Program-made: the position numbers and the translations under genes
Part shown: one piece after another, positions 1 through 11,817 of the stretch
Layout: each line of letters begins with the position of its first letter
Position numbering within the stretch: position 1 is the first letter of the stretch
The notes under the pieces: model-generated
The model's database searches: none
The model's input: the letters and a program-made list of their open reading frames with translations, nothing else
What the model was told of the DNA's origin: nothing
Source of the DNA: Octopus sinensis
Taxonomy: Eukaryota
DNA: 64,000 nucleotides
Assembly (NCBI RefSeq): GCF_006345805.1
Contig: NC_043005.1
Location: forward strand, 21,328,001-21,392,000
Direction of reading: 5' to 3'

Positions 1-520
1 AATCTGAATCTAAATTTCTGACTATTCAGAGAATCAGTAAGCTTCCAGATCTTTCTTTTCCAGATTGGTTTGCTTCTTGGCATCTTTCTAGCTTGAAGTT
101 TGAAGTCACTAATGACTAACCTATGTTAAGATGTGCACTCTTCATCTCAAAAAATCTTTGCATTTATAAGCAATCATCTTTCCTACTTTGTGAGGAAAAT
201 ACAGTCAATCTGGTTTTTATGGCCCCGAAATTGATAGGTGAACAGGTAACTGACTGGTTTCCTGAAATTGGTGTTGCAGATCATAATGACATTTGCGTCA
301 GCGAACCCTAGTAGTCTACTTCCCTCTTCATTGCATCTTATCAACCCATTTCTCAGCAAGAAGTATGCCCACACCACCAACCCCATCATTACTGCCTAAC
401 CAGAGGACTTTTTTATCTGTATTCTTTGCCTGTGAGGAACCTGGCAAAAGCTTTGCTCCACCTTATCTCTTGAATGTAACACACATTTACACACCTTCAT
501 TCTAGCATCTCAACAATTTA
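1..520 (-). mobile_element. Decayed RTE-clade LINE, APE endonuclease fragment
   Basis: Minus-strand remnants GVGGVGILLAEKWVDK and FRKPVSYLFTYQFRGHKNQIDCI, with frameshifts. Confidence 0.55.
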
Positions 521-1029
521 TATGCCTTATACATACATACATGATGGTTGCAAACTCATGTTCGAGTATTGCCATCACCTGATTGAAGTCCCACACATGC
601 GAAGTCTACAACTAGCTATTTTTGTGATTGGTCTCTCATTTCTTTCAAGTGATGCCTGTGCATGAGGATTTTTTTATAATGGAGAAAGGATTTGCACAAA
701 ATCAATCCCACTCTCTGAACATGGACAACAAAAACTTGAAAAGAAGAACTAGTCTACATCATCGAATATTGTCAGTGTCACAGGTTTTCTCTCAGTTTCC
801 ATCTACTAGAGAGATGTTATGACAATAGAGGGGCCGCCCACTCCTAGTGGGCCAACCACTCACTAACTCAGATATTTCCAAATCCCCATGCATACATACA
901 TGCATACATGCATACATACACATATACACATGTTGTTGGATGGCCACACCCGCCTCACCAAGCAAGCTAACAACCCAACCATGCTACAGGTTGTTCTGGG
1001 TTACATGTTACCAGTAGCTCCTAAGTATG

Positions 1030-1120
1030 ACCTTACATACATACATACACACACACACACATACATACATACATTCATTCATTCATTCATTCATTCATTC
1101 ATTCATTCATTCATTCATCT
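1030..1120. repeat. Compound (CATA)n/(CA)n/(CATT)n microsatellite
   Basis: Read directly. A (CATA)n tract also precedes exon S14 (about 60820-60910). Confidence 0.9.
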
Positions 1121-1259
1121 ATTTATTTATCTGTGTGCATATTACTTCAATTTGTTTCACTTAATACTTTTCATTGTAACATTGTCATTTTCTCATCATT
1201 TTGACCCTCTTTCTAACATGAATCATCCCATTGATATCAATTTGTTTTCTTAACTTCAG

Positions 1260-1430
1260 TTTACACAAAAGTTAACTGTGGGCCTCCAATTGATGTTATT
1301 GGAGCATCAAAGTCCTACAAAACCACCACCTATAAATCTGAAGTGATCTACTCTTGCCCAATGGCAGAAAAACTAAAGTCAATATGTGACAAGGACAACA
1401 AATGGAGTCCAGTAGCACCTGTTTGTAAAG
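1260..1430 (+). CDS. Exon S1: compact sushi/CCP-like module
   Basis: ttcAG|..G|GTaatg, 171 nt. YTKVNCGPPIDVIGASKSYKTTTYKSEVIYSCPMAEKLKSICDKDNKWSPVAPVCK, pattern C-x25-C-x9-C-x5-W-x6-C. Confidence 0.9.
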
Positions 1431-2141
1431 GTAATGTAAAAAACTTCTCTCTTGTTGCCTCTGTCTTTGTAATTTTGTTAGATTTTTTCTTTAAATTATA
1501 TTTTATTTTCTTTGCCCATTTTTATACCTGTAAACAAACCTATTTTAATTCCTCACTTCTGCATATATCCAGATGCCTAAATTATATATCATAAAACCCC
1601 ATGTTTGAAACAGAATTGAAGAAATATTTATAAATACATAGCCCATACATTTCCATGAAACACAAGGGTTAAAATCTCTTCAAATCAAATTGCTTATGTA
1701 ACAATGAACACGAAGAGAGAGGGAGAGAGAGAGAGATACAGCAAACAAACTTTACGCCTACCAAAATCCTTTTGTGAACATCAAAGCACAAGATAAACAA
1801 GTTTCTATACTAGCAACACTGTCACATGCCTGACTAATAACCCCCACCTTCCAATCAAAATAGAAAATACCTTAAATAACAACTAGAACAAGTAAAGAAA
1901 TTTCGTTTTTGCCTGTGGTCTGCAAGATTCTTTATGTGAATTCATGTGTTGAAACATATTTTATTGTGTCTGGGGGGAGTCATTTTATTTTAGTACTTTA
2001 TTAATTTAACACACCAATTTCCGCTCATTTACTTATTTATTTTTACTACGTATATATCTGTATGTGCATGCACACTGATGTACACACATGTGCCCCACCC
2101 CCCAAAAAAGAACACAATTCTGATAATGGACAGAGTCAACA

Positions 2142-2180
2142 ACTATTGAAAAGTTTGTAAGTCACAATGAAAATTTTAGT
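2142..2180 (+). ncRNA. Minimal type-I hammerhead-ribozyme-like motif (U3-A8 variant) in the 5' repeat of PLE copy 1; degenerate
   Basis: ACTA-TTGAAAA-G-tTTGT-aagtc-ACAAt-GAAA-AT-TT-TAGT. Stem I is acta/tagt, GAAA is intact, and the closing pair of stem II is broken. Confidence 0.6.
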
Positions 2181-5100
2181 AAAAATAAGTAAATAAATGA
2201 GTGGAAATTGGGGAGTGTGTTAAATTAATAAGGCACTAAAAGAGAATGACTTTCCCCAGACACAATAAAATATGCTTCAAACACATGAATTTACATAAAG
2301 AATCTTGCAAACCACAGGCAAAATCAAAATAAGATAAGCTTTGGCCAAGCTAACAAGATGTTGAAAAACACTGTGTTCTGCTGTCTAAAAATCAAAATAG
2401 CTACCTGATAGCTCAACTTAATTAAAACATGCATCTCTACCAAGCTATACATAAAATCTGTTAATCCAGTTATCCAGTGGCTAGGACTCACAGAACATCA
2501 AGCTAGAAGACTAAAACACACAATGTTACAAAACATCAAAAAGAAAATATACACAGAAATCAACCAGTACCAGAAACGAAAGAAGGTCCTACTGCATGAA
2601 CTGAAGAACAACACAAAAGAGACAGATTCATGACAAACATCCAACAAGAATACCACTGAGTAAACCATGCCTGTATCAAACACTTCAACAACCTCAGCAT
2701 GATAAGAATCAACATAGATACCCAAACAATATCGATGGAATTGTCATGTCAGAATGTAAACTACCAGAGGACTTCAGCACCAGGACACCAAAAAACAATA
2801 CAACCAGCAACAACAACAATTACACCTCTGGAATATACGGTGCAGTACAGCTAGATACACATGAAATGCATGCTTTAGAGTTACCACTGAAATTTGCTAC
2901 ATATAAGGACAGTAAAATTGATTGTCTGCTGAGATTGATAAAACGTTCTTAAAAAACAAACAAAAAAGATGGAAGTTGGGACAATAAAACAACACATACA
3001 TATGAAACCAAAACAACAACAATAACAATGTTAATGACAACAATAGTGACGATAATAATACCAACAATGATAACCACAACATTCCCAACTCAAGCCACCA
3101 TAATAACAACAACAACACAAATGTAAGAAACATCAAAACAGCAACAATTGTAACAACAAAGATAAGGCCACCCCACACACAGACAACAATACCAACCACT
3201 ACCAGCATCGATACCACCCACAACAATAACAACAACCACAAACACTACCACCACCACAACCCCCACTAGCAACAACAATACCAAAAATTATAACAGCAGT
3301 AACCACAATGATAATAATACCCTACACTCTATCTTCTGTATCCCCAACAACAACAAATCACATGACATGACCAGGATCTACCCCACAAACTTACACTTCA
3401 ACAAGAAGGTATGTATCCCACCACAGATTGACAGTGAGAAAGAAGCAAAGATTCCCTTGGCTAGAAATAGACTCCAACACATGTTAGACCAGTACAACAA
3501 AACCACTGAAAGACATAATGATGGGGAGACCCACCAACTCAGTACATCAGTTGCCAAAGGCCTACAAAAACTGAAACAGCAAATTAGGATAGAGAATTAG
3601 TGTGCTTCCCTACGGACAAGTCTAGCAGACTGTCAATAAACAGCCCAAGAACTATGTCCAGATCATGCAACAGCACATCAGTAGCATGAGAGAAGTTGCA
3701 CTACAGGAACATGAAAGAGTGGAAAAACTCCTCAATGCACAGATGAGAATGTGGTACAACATACTCCGACCCAAGAAACGGACTGCACAAAATTTCCAAG
3801 CATCCAACACAATGCTCCTATGCTATACAGATTACATAAAGACCATAAAACCTATGCAAACTCTGTCATGAGGTCCCCAACCTCATGTGAATATTGCCAG
3901 CAATTATAGACTATCCTATTTTCTGTCACAGGTATTATGACCACTCATTGAAATGTCCCCAGATGTCTGCATGAGCATGGAGGATCTCCTCAGTAGAATC
4001 AGTAGTTGCAACCACTCCAGTGATCTCATAGGTTGTGTAGTGAGTAGTATGGATGTAATTTCATTCTACCTATCTATAGACATAAATTTTGCTATGGAAA
4101 ATTGCATTGAGATTATCAGTGAGAGTGAGGTAGAGTTCCAAGAAGTCCACACAAGGGAACTGGGCCTTCTCCTTAAACTGAGCTATGACAGTAATTATCT
4201 AGACAACTATGACCTTAATAGATTCTGCCTACCAGGTGACAGAGGGGAAAACTACCTTGGCAGTGAAGAAAAGCACCGTAGAGCACAGGAGTGGCTGGAC
4301 TACACCGACCCAAGACTCTGAGAACAACAGGCAGGTGAAAAGAATAATTGCACATGCAATAGGGGTTAGCATAAGAACCATCTTGAAGAACCACATTGTA
4401 AAGTTTAACTAGAAACCATACATGAAGGTTTAAGGTGCAGCCATTGGTGTTGGTGTGGCTGGAGATGTGGCCAGCCTCTTCATGACTTGGTGGGACAGAA
4501 AACTAAAACAATCCTTCGCAGAACAATCCACGATTGTTTTACTTTACTGTAGGTGTATTGATGACATTAACATTCTAGTTAGGACAAACTCTAGTAAAGT
4601 GCAATGTAGAAACTGAGAGGAATATAATGGAGAGCATCCAGCATGTAGCTAACTCCATCCCCCAAAGTATCAAGGTAACTATAGATTACTCCACTTGTCA
4701 TCCTAACAATAGACTCCCTGTCCTTCATACTGAACTTTGGTTAGAGGTTGTGAACAACAAGGTGAAGCTCCTCCACTCCTATTACATGAAACCTATATCT
4801 TCTAAATATGCTGTTCACAAGAACACAGCTTTGTCACACAACATGAAAATCAACATACTAATAGCATACCTAGTTAGGATAATGAGTAATGTGTCCCAAC
4901 TATGTGAACCCTATGAAACAAAGAAACATCTATAGAACTTCATACACTGCATGCAATTCTCTGGATATGATCAGAAGGATAGGGTTCGGGTATACAGGGT
5001 TGCTATAAAGAAGTTAGCATTATAAGTAATGCCCGAGATATAGATATAGAGACTGGAATAGGATACAAAGAGCTCATGACAAAGAAAACAGGGTGAACAT

Positions 5101-6176
5101 GTGGTACAAAAACCGACAAATATCAAGGAGTGATGTTTGTAGAGGCCACAGCCCATGGTGAACTAGCCCGGAGATTTAGGAAAGCTATGAAGGAGGCTAA
5201 ACTCAGCATCAAGATTGTTGAAAAGTCATGGAGCACCATCAGATCACAACAATATAGGACATACCCCTTTGAGAATATCACATGCGCCAATGATAACTGC
5301 ATGACATGTAAGATTAACCCTGGCATTTACCGTAGAACTAGAAGTGAACTTTACAGCATAAGGTGCATAGAGTGTGCTTGTAAAGACAAGAACAAAATAT
5401 ACATAGGTGAGACATCTAGGACCATTGAGGAGAAACTAAATGAACATCTGAGACAACATGACAACAAAAACAATCCTACATACTCTACCATGATGCCAAA
5501 GTCCAACAGAGTGGGTCAACTTGACATCTGCATTTTATCAAAGAACCCAAAGGACCCAACACTCAGACAAGTCCAAGAGTACATCATCATTAATGAAACA
5601 TCTCCAGTACTAAATAAGAAATATACATAGGTGTCATACCCGAATACCAAAAGCCGTTATGTAGGTGTGTGTGTGTGTGTATATGTATATATATATGTGG
5701 GTAAATGGATACATATATGGACAGGTAGATATACAGATAGATAAATATGTAATATGACCAGACAGGCACAAACACACACATACATGGCCATACACACACA
5801 CTTCACACAAGGACGCATATGGAGACATATTCATACATAACAGACACACATACATAGTCATACAAATCCATACACAGACACACACAAGGAGATAGAGGTA
5901 CACACACAAATACACACATATATACACATAATAATGAACACAAACACGAACACACAAGCACATGGATATACAGAATACATACATACATACAAATGTGCAC
6001 ACATGCATACATATATATGCATACACACACACACATACATGCATCATACATACAAATGTACACACATGCATACATATAAGCATACATACACACATGTGTA
6101 TGCGCATGCACACGGATGCACACACAAGTGTACAAAAAAGAAAATAAGAGTGCAATTCCAATAACAAGATTCAACA

Positions 6177-6215
6177 ACTATTGAAAAGGTTGCAAGTTGC
6201 AATGAAAATCTTAGT
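6177..6215 (+). ncRNA. Hammerhead-like motif in the 3' repeat of PLE copy 1; degenerate
   Basis: ACTA-TTGAAAA-G-GTTGC-aagtt-GCAAt-GAAA-AT-cT-TAGT. U16.1 is changed to C. Confidence 0.6.
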
Positions 6216-6559
6216 AAAAATAAATAAGTAAATGAGTGAAAATCAGAGAGTGTGTTGAATTAAGGCACTAAAAGAGAATGACTCTCCCCAGACACAATAA
6301 AGTAAAGAAATGAACCAATTAAAACATATCATCTACCTACATTCTTTTGTAAATCCCTAAAAACTTCCATTACAAAAAAGTTGACAGTCCCAATTAATAA
6401 GTTTTCAAATATTAGACTTTGTTCCTTTGAACTTTATGTTGTTAAAAGAAAAGATTAAATCCAATAAAACCAGAAATAACTAAAATTATTGGCAAGTCCT
6501 GTACATACCTACCAAAAAGAACACAGCTAAAATATACACATTTGTTTACGAAAGACCTA

Positions 6560-6850
6560 CATCATCATCATCATTGTTTGAAGTCTACCTTCTATGCGGG
6601 TATGAGTTGGACAGTCTGACAGGTGCTGGCTAGGCAAGAGCCTGCACCAAACTTCTGTGTCCATTTTGGCTGAATTTTTACAGCTCGATGCCCTTCATAA
6701 CACCAGCCAACCAGCAGAGTAAACTGAGTGCTTTTTACTTGGCACAAGCACAGGCAAGGTCAGTTTTGGCATGATTTTACAGCTGAATGCCTTTCCAAAC
6801 ACCAACCACTTTACAGAGTGGACTGGATGCTTTTTAAATGGCACCAGCAC
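6560..6850 (-). mobile_element. RTE LINE 3' tail / related SINE tail, two partial copies
   Basis: (CAT)n terminus plus tttctacagctggatgcccttcctaacgccaacc-type sequence, repeated. Confidence 0.65.
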
Positions 6851-7588
6851 TGGCATGGTTACCAAATAACTTGCAAGACAAAAATCCTTTGAGAGAGGAG
6901 GGGGCATTGGCGGAAGTGATCTTGTGTCAGATGATGAAATGTTATAGTGAGACAGAGAAATGGAAACATGTGTCTTGCTGTAGAGGAGGTACATGGTTAC
7001 CTGGCCAGAGAGAGAGAGAGAGTGCGTGATCAAGAATGAGGACAGAAGCAAGTGTACTGCTGTAAAGGAAATACATGGTTACCTAGCCAGATGGAAGAGC
7101 AGGAGAAGGAGAGAGAGAGCAGCAGCAGCAGCAGAGAGGTGATGGAAAAATACCAGGCATACTCACATGGGACAGTGATCAGAATATAAATTGGATGGTC
7201 AAGTAAAAAGAAGAGAGAGCTAGATGGTGGCAAGTGCCAGCGCATATTCTTGAAGTATGGAGGTCATAATATAAGAGAGAGGACAATGCCAAAGAGGCAT
7301 GAGTACAAAGTGGATGAGGGGACTGCAGTGAGTGGTGAAAACCTGGGTGTATAGACATGAATAAATCTTGAACAGTAACACAACCCCAGATTTTATCAAT
7401 AACAATTTCTCCAAATCTCAAAACGTAATTTATCACTTCACTCGAATCCACACATCCAAATAAGATTTTAACTCAAGAGAAACTGTATAAAGCCAAAATC
7501 AACTTCAATGCATTCCAATCTTCACTAGCCAAAACTTCAAAGTCACTGTGAGTAATATTCGTATTTAAGAATAATATATAATTAAATG

Positions 7589-7641
<53 letters not shown>

Positions 7642-8559
7642 TGTAAATTAAGGCTGATCACATGGAGAAAGGTGTTCACCTCCAAAATGGAGGTGAACAC
7701 CTTAACATGAAAACAATGGTAGCCTTAATTCGCAAATAAACAAATTATATCCACCAAAGCAGTGTTGGGCACTCATTTTCATCATTCAACATTTACGTGG
7801 GTATATATATATATATATATTAGCCTGCTTGCTTAGCCAGCGGGGTGGCATCAGTTGAAGGCTAAAACAGTGCAAAGTGCATTGTGACCAGCGATGTGTA
7901 GCAGCATCTGATAGCCTGGTCGGTCACGGTGATCACGGTGATATATATATAAGTAATTATTAAGGAAAATACATACATTTTACATAGTTTTAATATAATA
8001 TTTAATATATCGACCGGTTTCACTTTCACTATTTATGATATTATGGTTTACTTATTTGAATATGTATTTTCTTAGAAAGAAATTTTGTCCATGTTGTGTG
8101 TGATGATATTTACGAGTGAATGATTTCACAAATAGAAAAATAAGGGGAGGTAATTGTTTATTATTATTATTGTTATTGTTGAAGGCAAGGGAGATAACTG
8201 TTCAGCTTTCAGTAAGGGGAGGGGAAATATATGTACTGACAAAAAAAGGATTTGAAAAACTTGTCTAGTGAAGGGATTTATGTACAGTGATGTAATCGTG
8301 AATTGAAATATGTAAAAAGATAAAAGTTGCTTATGCGTGCATATTAAGACGTGTTCTGTACTTTTCAATGTAAAATGTTTTGTTATTTAAACATTCTTGT
8401 GGAGAGATTGGTTTGATGTTATCTGCATATTTTTCTATGTGTTCACTGAGAGGAATTTGCCTGTATTGCAGGAAACGGATTTTCTCTTTATGTAGAGTGG
8501 TTCTCTTTCTCAAGGTCATACTTGTTTGTCCAAATCAGTTGTGTCCACAACCTGAGCAG

Positions 8560-8900
8560 GTTATTACATAAATTAGGTTCTCAGAGAAAGGGAACTTTTG
8601 TTGCCAACAGAGATAATAGTTCTGTGAACTTTCTCCATCTTATTCTTAATCTAGCAACTATATACATTCAGAACATCTTCCTCTGTTGTTAATTAGGTCA
8701 CCCATGTAGAAGAAACTATCTACAGCCTCTAGGGAACTTGCAGGGCATTTGAGAAAATCCATTTCGTATGTGTCCTTAGTGTTTATTGTTCCTGCACATC
8801 TGTCACATACAAAGACTACTTTTTCTATTGACCTTCCTGTAATTTCATTGCATCTCTTATGTGTCCATAGCTTACACTAGGTGCCCCATATGAAATTCCA
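8560..8900 (-). mobile_element. Decayed RTE LINE, C-terminal ORF fragment
   Basis: Minus-strand remnants KLWTHKRC, KVVFVCDRCAGTINTKD and RKFTELLSLLATKVP. Confidence 0.55.
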
Positions 8901-8983
8901 GCCAAAATATTTTCTATATATCAAGCAGGATACACACACAATATACATTCACCTTTGGCATCAATTTCTGTTTTCAATTTCAG

Positions 8984-9154
8984 TTTATGCACACATTAAT
9001 TGTGGACCTCCAAAGGAAGTTGTTGGTGCATTAATGAACTACAAAACCACTACCTATAAATCTAATGTGATCTATACTTGTCCAAGGGGAGAACAGCTGA
9101 AGTCAATATGTGAATTGGGCAATAGATGGACTTTCGTAGTGCCTTCTTGTAATG
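8984..9154 (+). CDS. Exon S2: compact sushi/CCP-like module
   Basis: ttcAG|..G|GTaatg, 171 nt. YAHINCGPPKEVVGALMNYKTTTYKSNVIYTCPRGEQLKSICELGNRWTFVVPSCN. Confidence 0.9.
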
Positions 9155-10302
9155 GTAATGTACATACATTTCTTTTTCCTGCCTTGGTCTACATAATTTT
9201 GTCTTATTTTTGTTTTAAATTTATTGTCAGTGGAAACTGGTCTAAAACATGACATGTTCCACGGTGTTTGTGACTGGTTGCAGGGAGGGAGGAAGTTCCA
9301 CAGATCTCCCTAAATGTTTGCAACAGAGCAGACATCATAAAAATCTTACCAAAGAGACAGGTAATGCTATTAAATCAGATGACAGTATAAGTCTGCCTAC
9401 CAAGAGCTGGAAATGCAGAAACTTCTTGTCTCCAACTAGTTCCCACAGAGATTGCATCCACTAAGTTGCATAACAAGGCTTAGTTGGGAAGCAAATTTTT
9501 AAGCACACTAGCAGAACTTCGTCCATTACTTCATTGTTATTAACTACATGTAATACCTCTGCAGCTACACTTAATCTCATCTTAGTCAATTTTCTCTTAA
9601 TTTCTCATTTGATATTCCTCACACTTATTTTGTGTCATCCTCCAAAACTCCATGAAATTTAATGCTTGAGTTCTTCCTTAACAGAACTAAGTAATCCGCT
9701 GAAACAGACTATATATATATATATAGTGAGAATTTACAAAAAAGAAACAAAAACAAAAGACAGTTGTGTAGACAAACAGATATATTAGTTTAACACTCAG
9801 GAAGTGAGAAAGTCTTTTACGCTTTTGAGCCTACACTCTTCGACAGAAAGGAACACATAATTTATATGTATGTTTCTAGGCATATGTCACGTTTGATTTT
9901 AGTTTAAAAATTTTTAATTTTTAATTAAATTATGGCTTGCACAGCAAGTTTTGGCAAATTTTATTTGCACACCCGCATGTTTATTTGTTGGTTACATTTG
10001 TAACGGATAAAATATAAAAATATAGGAATAGTTATAGAATTATAAATAAGTCATGTTTCTGAAAAAGACTGAGTGTCTCGGGAACGTTAAACACACCCCA
10101 TGAAACACATGTAGAAGAGAAATTTGGAACTGAAATAGTAAGTATTAGAATAAAATTCTATGACATGATGTGATGTATATTAGGATTTGATGAGTTGCAT
10201 GGGGACTTCCATCTCTAAATAACATATATTTTCTTATCGAGAATAATTCAATTTATTTGAATCCCTGTGATGCTGCAATTTTTATTCCCTAATTAATATA
10301 TA

Positions 10303-10339
<37 letters not shown>

Positions 10340-10340
<1 letters not shown>

Positions 10341-10700
10341 ACATTCCCATCAAATGGTACTTTTCAATTTCGTAATCGGAGGAGCCAGGTTGAAAACTGT
10401 TTTGCACATCGGTCTCCATGTAATGAAGCTCACATATTAGTATTGATGGAGAATTTCATTACTTTATTCCATAGGTGTGAAGACTTAATGCATGCTTTTA
10501 TTTTATCAGATCTTCTTCATCTCAGAATGACTGGCAATGTCTGTCTAAAGTCTCCTGATGAAACTAATGTAACTCCTCCCATAAATTTATTGTTTCCTTT
10601 GATGTCCTGTAATGTCTTACAAAGAACTTCCATTGCACCTGTATGTGACATGGTACATTCATTCAAATGATAAGGTGGTAATGGTGCAACACTTCTGCTG
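10340..10700 (-). mobile_element. Helitron Pif1-type helicase fragment
   Basis: ORF 10517-10762(-) contains NECTMSHTGAMEVLCKTLQDIKGNNKFMGGVTLVSSGDFRQTLPVI, matching the Pif1 DE and GDFRQ-LPV motifs. Confidence 0.8.
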
Positions 10701-10924
10701 AACCGGAATCTTAGGGTTAGGGTTATATACACACACACATATGCATGCACATTCATATACATATGTGTGTGTGAATGCGTGCATATGTTTGTTTATATTT
10801 TTCAGATTGAAAATTTCAGTAAAATATGTTATCCTTTACTTGGAAAAGGAAATAAGGGCTTGTATCAGAAAGGGCAAGCATGATAAAATGGACAAAAACA
10901 AAACAAAAATGTGAAAGTATATGT

Positions 10925-11210
10925 CATCATCATCATCATTTAACATTAGCATGGGTCGCACGGTTTGACTTAGGGCTGGCAAGCCAGAATGTTGCACCAT
11001 GCTCCAATTTGATCTAGCAAGGTTTCTACAGCTGGATGTCCTTCGTAATACCAACCACTCTGAGAGTGAAGAGGGGGTTTTTACATGCCACCAGCATGGA
11101 GGCCAGTGAGGCAGCATCGGCATCAACTATGCTTGAATGGTGCTTTTTATGTGCCACCAGCACAGAAGCCAGTCAGGTGGCACTGGCATCGACCACACTC
11201 GAATGATCAT
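10925..11210 (-). mobile_element. RTE 3' tail copy
   Basis: catcatcatcatttaacattagcatgggt...tttctacagctggatgtccttcgtaataccaaccactc. Confidence 0.75.
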
Positions 11211-11577
11211 TCACATAACATATCTATGCTATGTGAAAAATATTTTGAAAACAAAAGTGTTTAATGTTTAATTTCATATATATATATATTTGTGTGTGTG
11301 TGTGTGTGTGTGTGTGAAATTGATAGACTAAATACAATTTATGATAAAAATTTGCAGTTTTATTTTGATTAAAGTACCAGCATCTTCAGAGCAATAGATT
11401 TAAATGCTGTTCACCAGCTCTAGTCTCTCTGATTGTCACCTACTCCTACTCCATTTGTTGTTTTACTCTTCTTTTGCTAGTGTGACTAATTAGACACACA
11501 TTACATTTTATTATATGTAAGATTGTTGCTGGTGTTGTAGTTACTTTTCAATTGTCTCAATCTTACTTTAATTCCAG

Positions 11578-11817
11578 TTACTCACATCTATTTTGTGCAA
11601 GTAAAAGGTGCAGTTCTGAATGTAGGTGGGAAAATTATGGTCGACTTGGAAAATGTAACAGCTGAAGCCTGTGCAGCAAAATGTTTGTCTGACAAAGCTT
11701 GTTTATCATTTGAAATAAATAAAGAAAGTGAAAAATGTTACTTATTAAAGGAAAGTGCAACTTCCTCCCAGAAAATAACAGCAACCACAAGCGTAGATTA
11801 CTACCAGCGAGTAAACC
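11578..11817 (+). CDS. Exon A3: PAN/apple-like module, class A
   Basis: tccAG|..C|GTaatt, 240 nt. THIYFVQVKGAVLNVGGKIMVDLENVTAEACAAKCLSDKACLSFEINKESEKCYLLKESATSSQKITATTSVDYYQRVN, pattern C-x3-C-x5-C-x-SF-x8-C with a terminal DYY. Confidence 0.9.

Larger units (their letters stand above)
1902..6299 (+). mobile_element. Penelope-like retroelement (PLE copy 1): near full length and decayed, with direct terminal repeats, an inverted 5' segment and a candidate TSD
   Basis: RT remnants SSMDVISFYLSID, GAAIGVGVAGDVASLFM, RCIDDINIL and LPVLHTELW. Cys linker CANDNCMTC, then a C-terminal GIY-YIG (YSIRC..IYIGETSRTIEEKLNEH, ORF 5130-5630). Direct repeat about 2060-2280 vs about 6097-6299. 1902-2048 is an inverted copy of 2177-2330. 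Flanked by aagtaaagaaat at 1890-1901 and 6300-6311. Confidence 0.88.

Noticed and set aside
9812-9851. Minus-strand hammerhead-like hairpin (cttt-ctgtcgaa-gagtgtaggctc-aaaagcgta-aaag)
   Set aside because: The layout is suggestive, but the core lacks A6 and GAAA is mutated; too many departures to call from one copy.
11811-11817. Alternative donor GT seven bases upstream in A3 (and at 39718 in A9)
   Set aside because: Absent in A6 and A12 and it would give phase 0 and a frameshift; C|GTAATT is conserved in all four.
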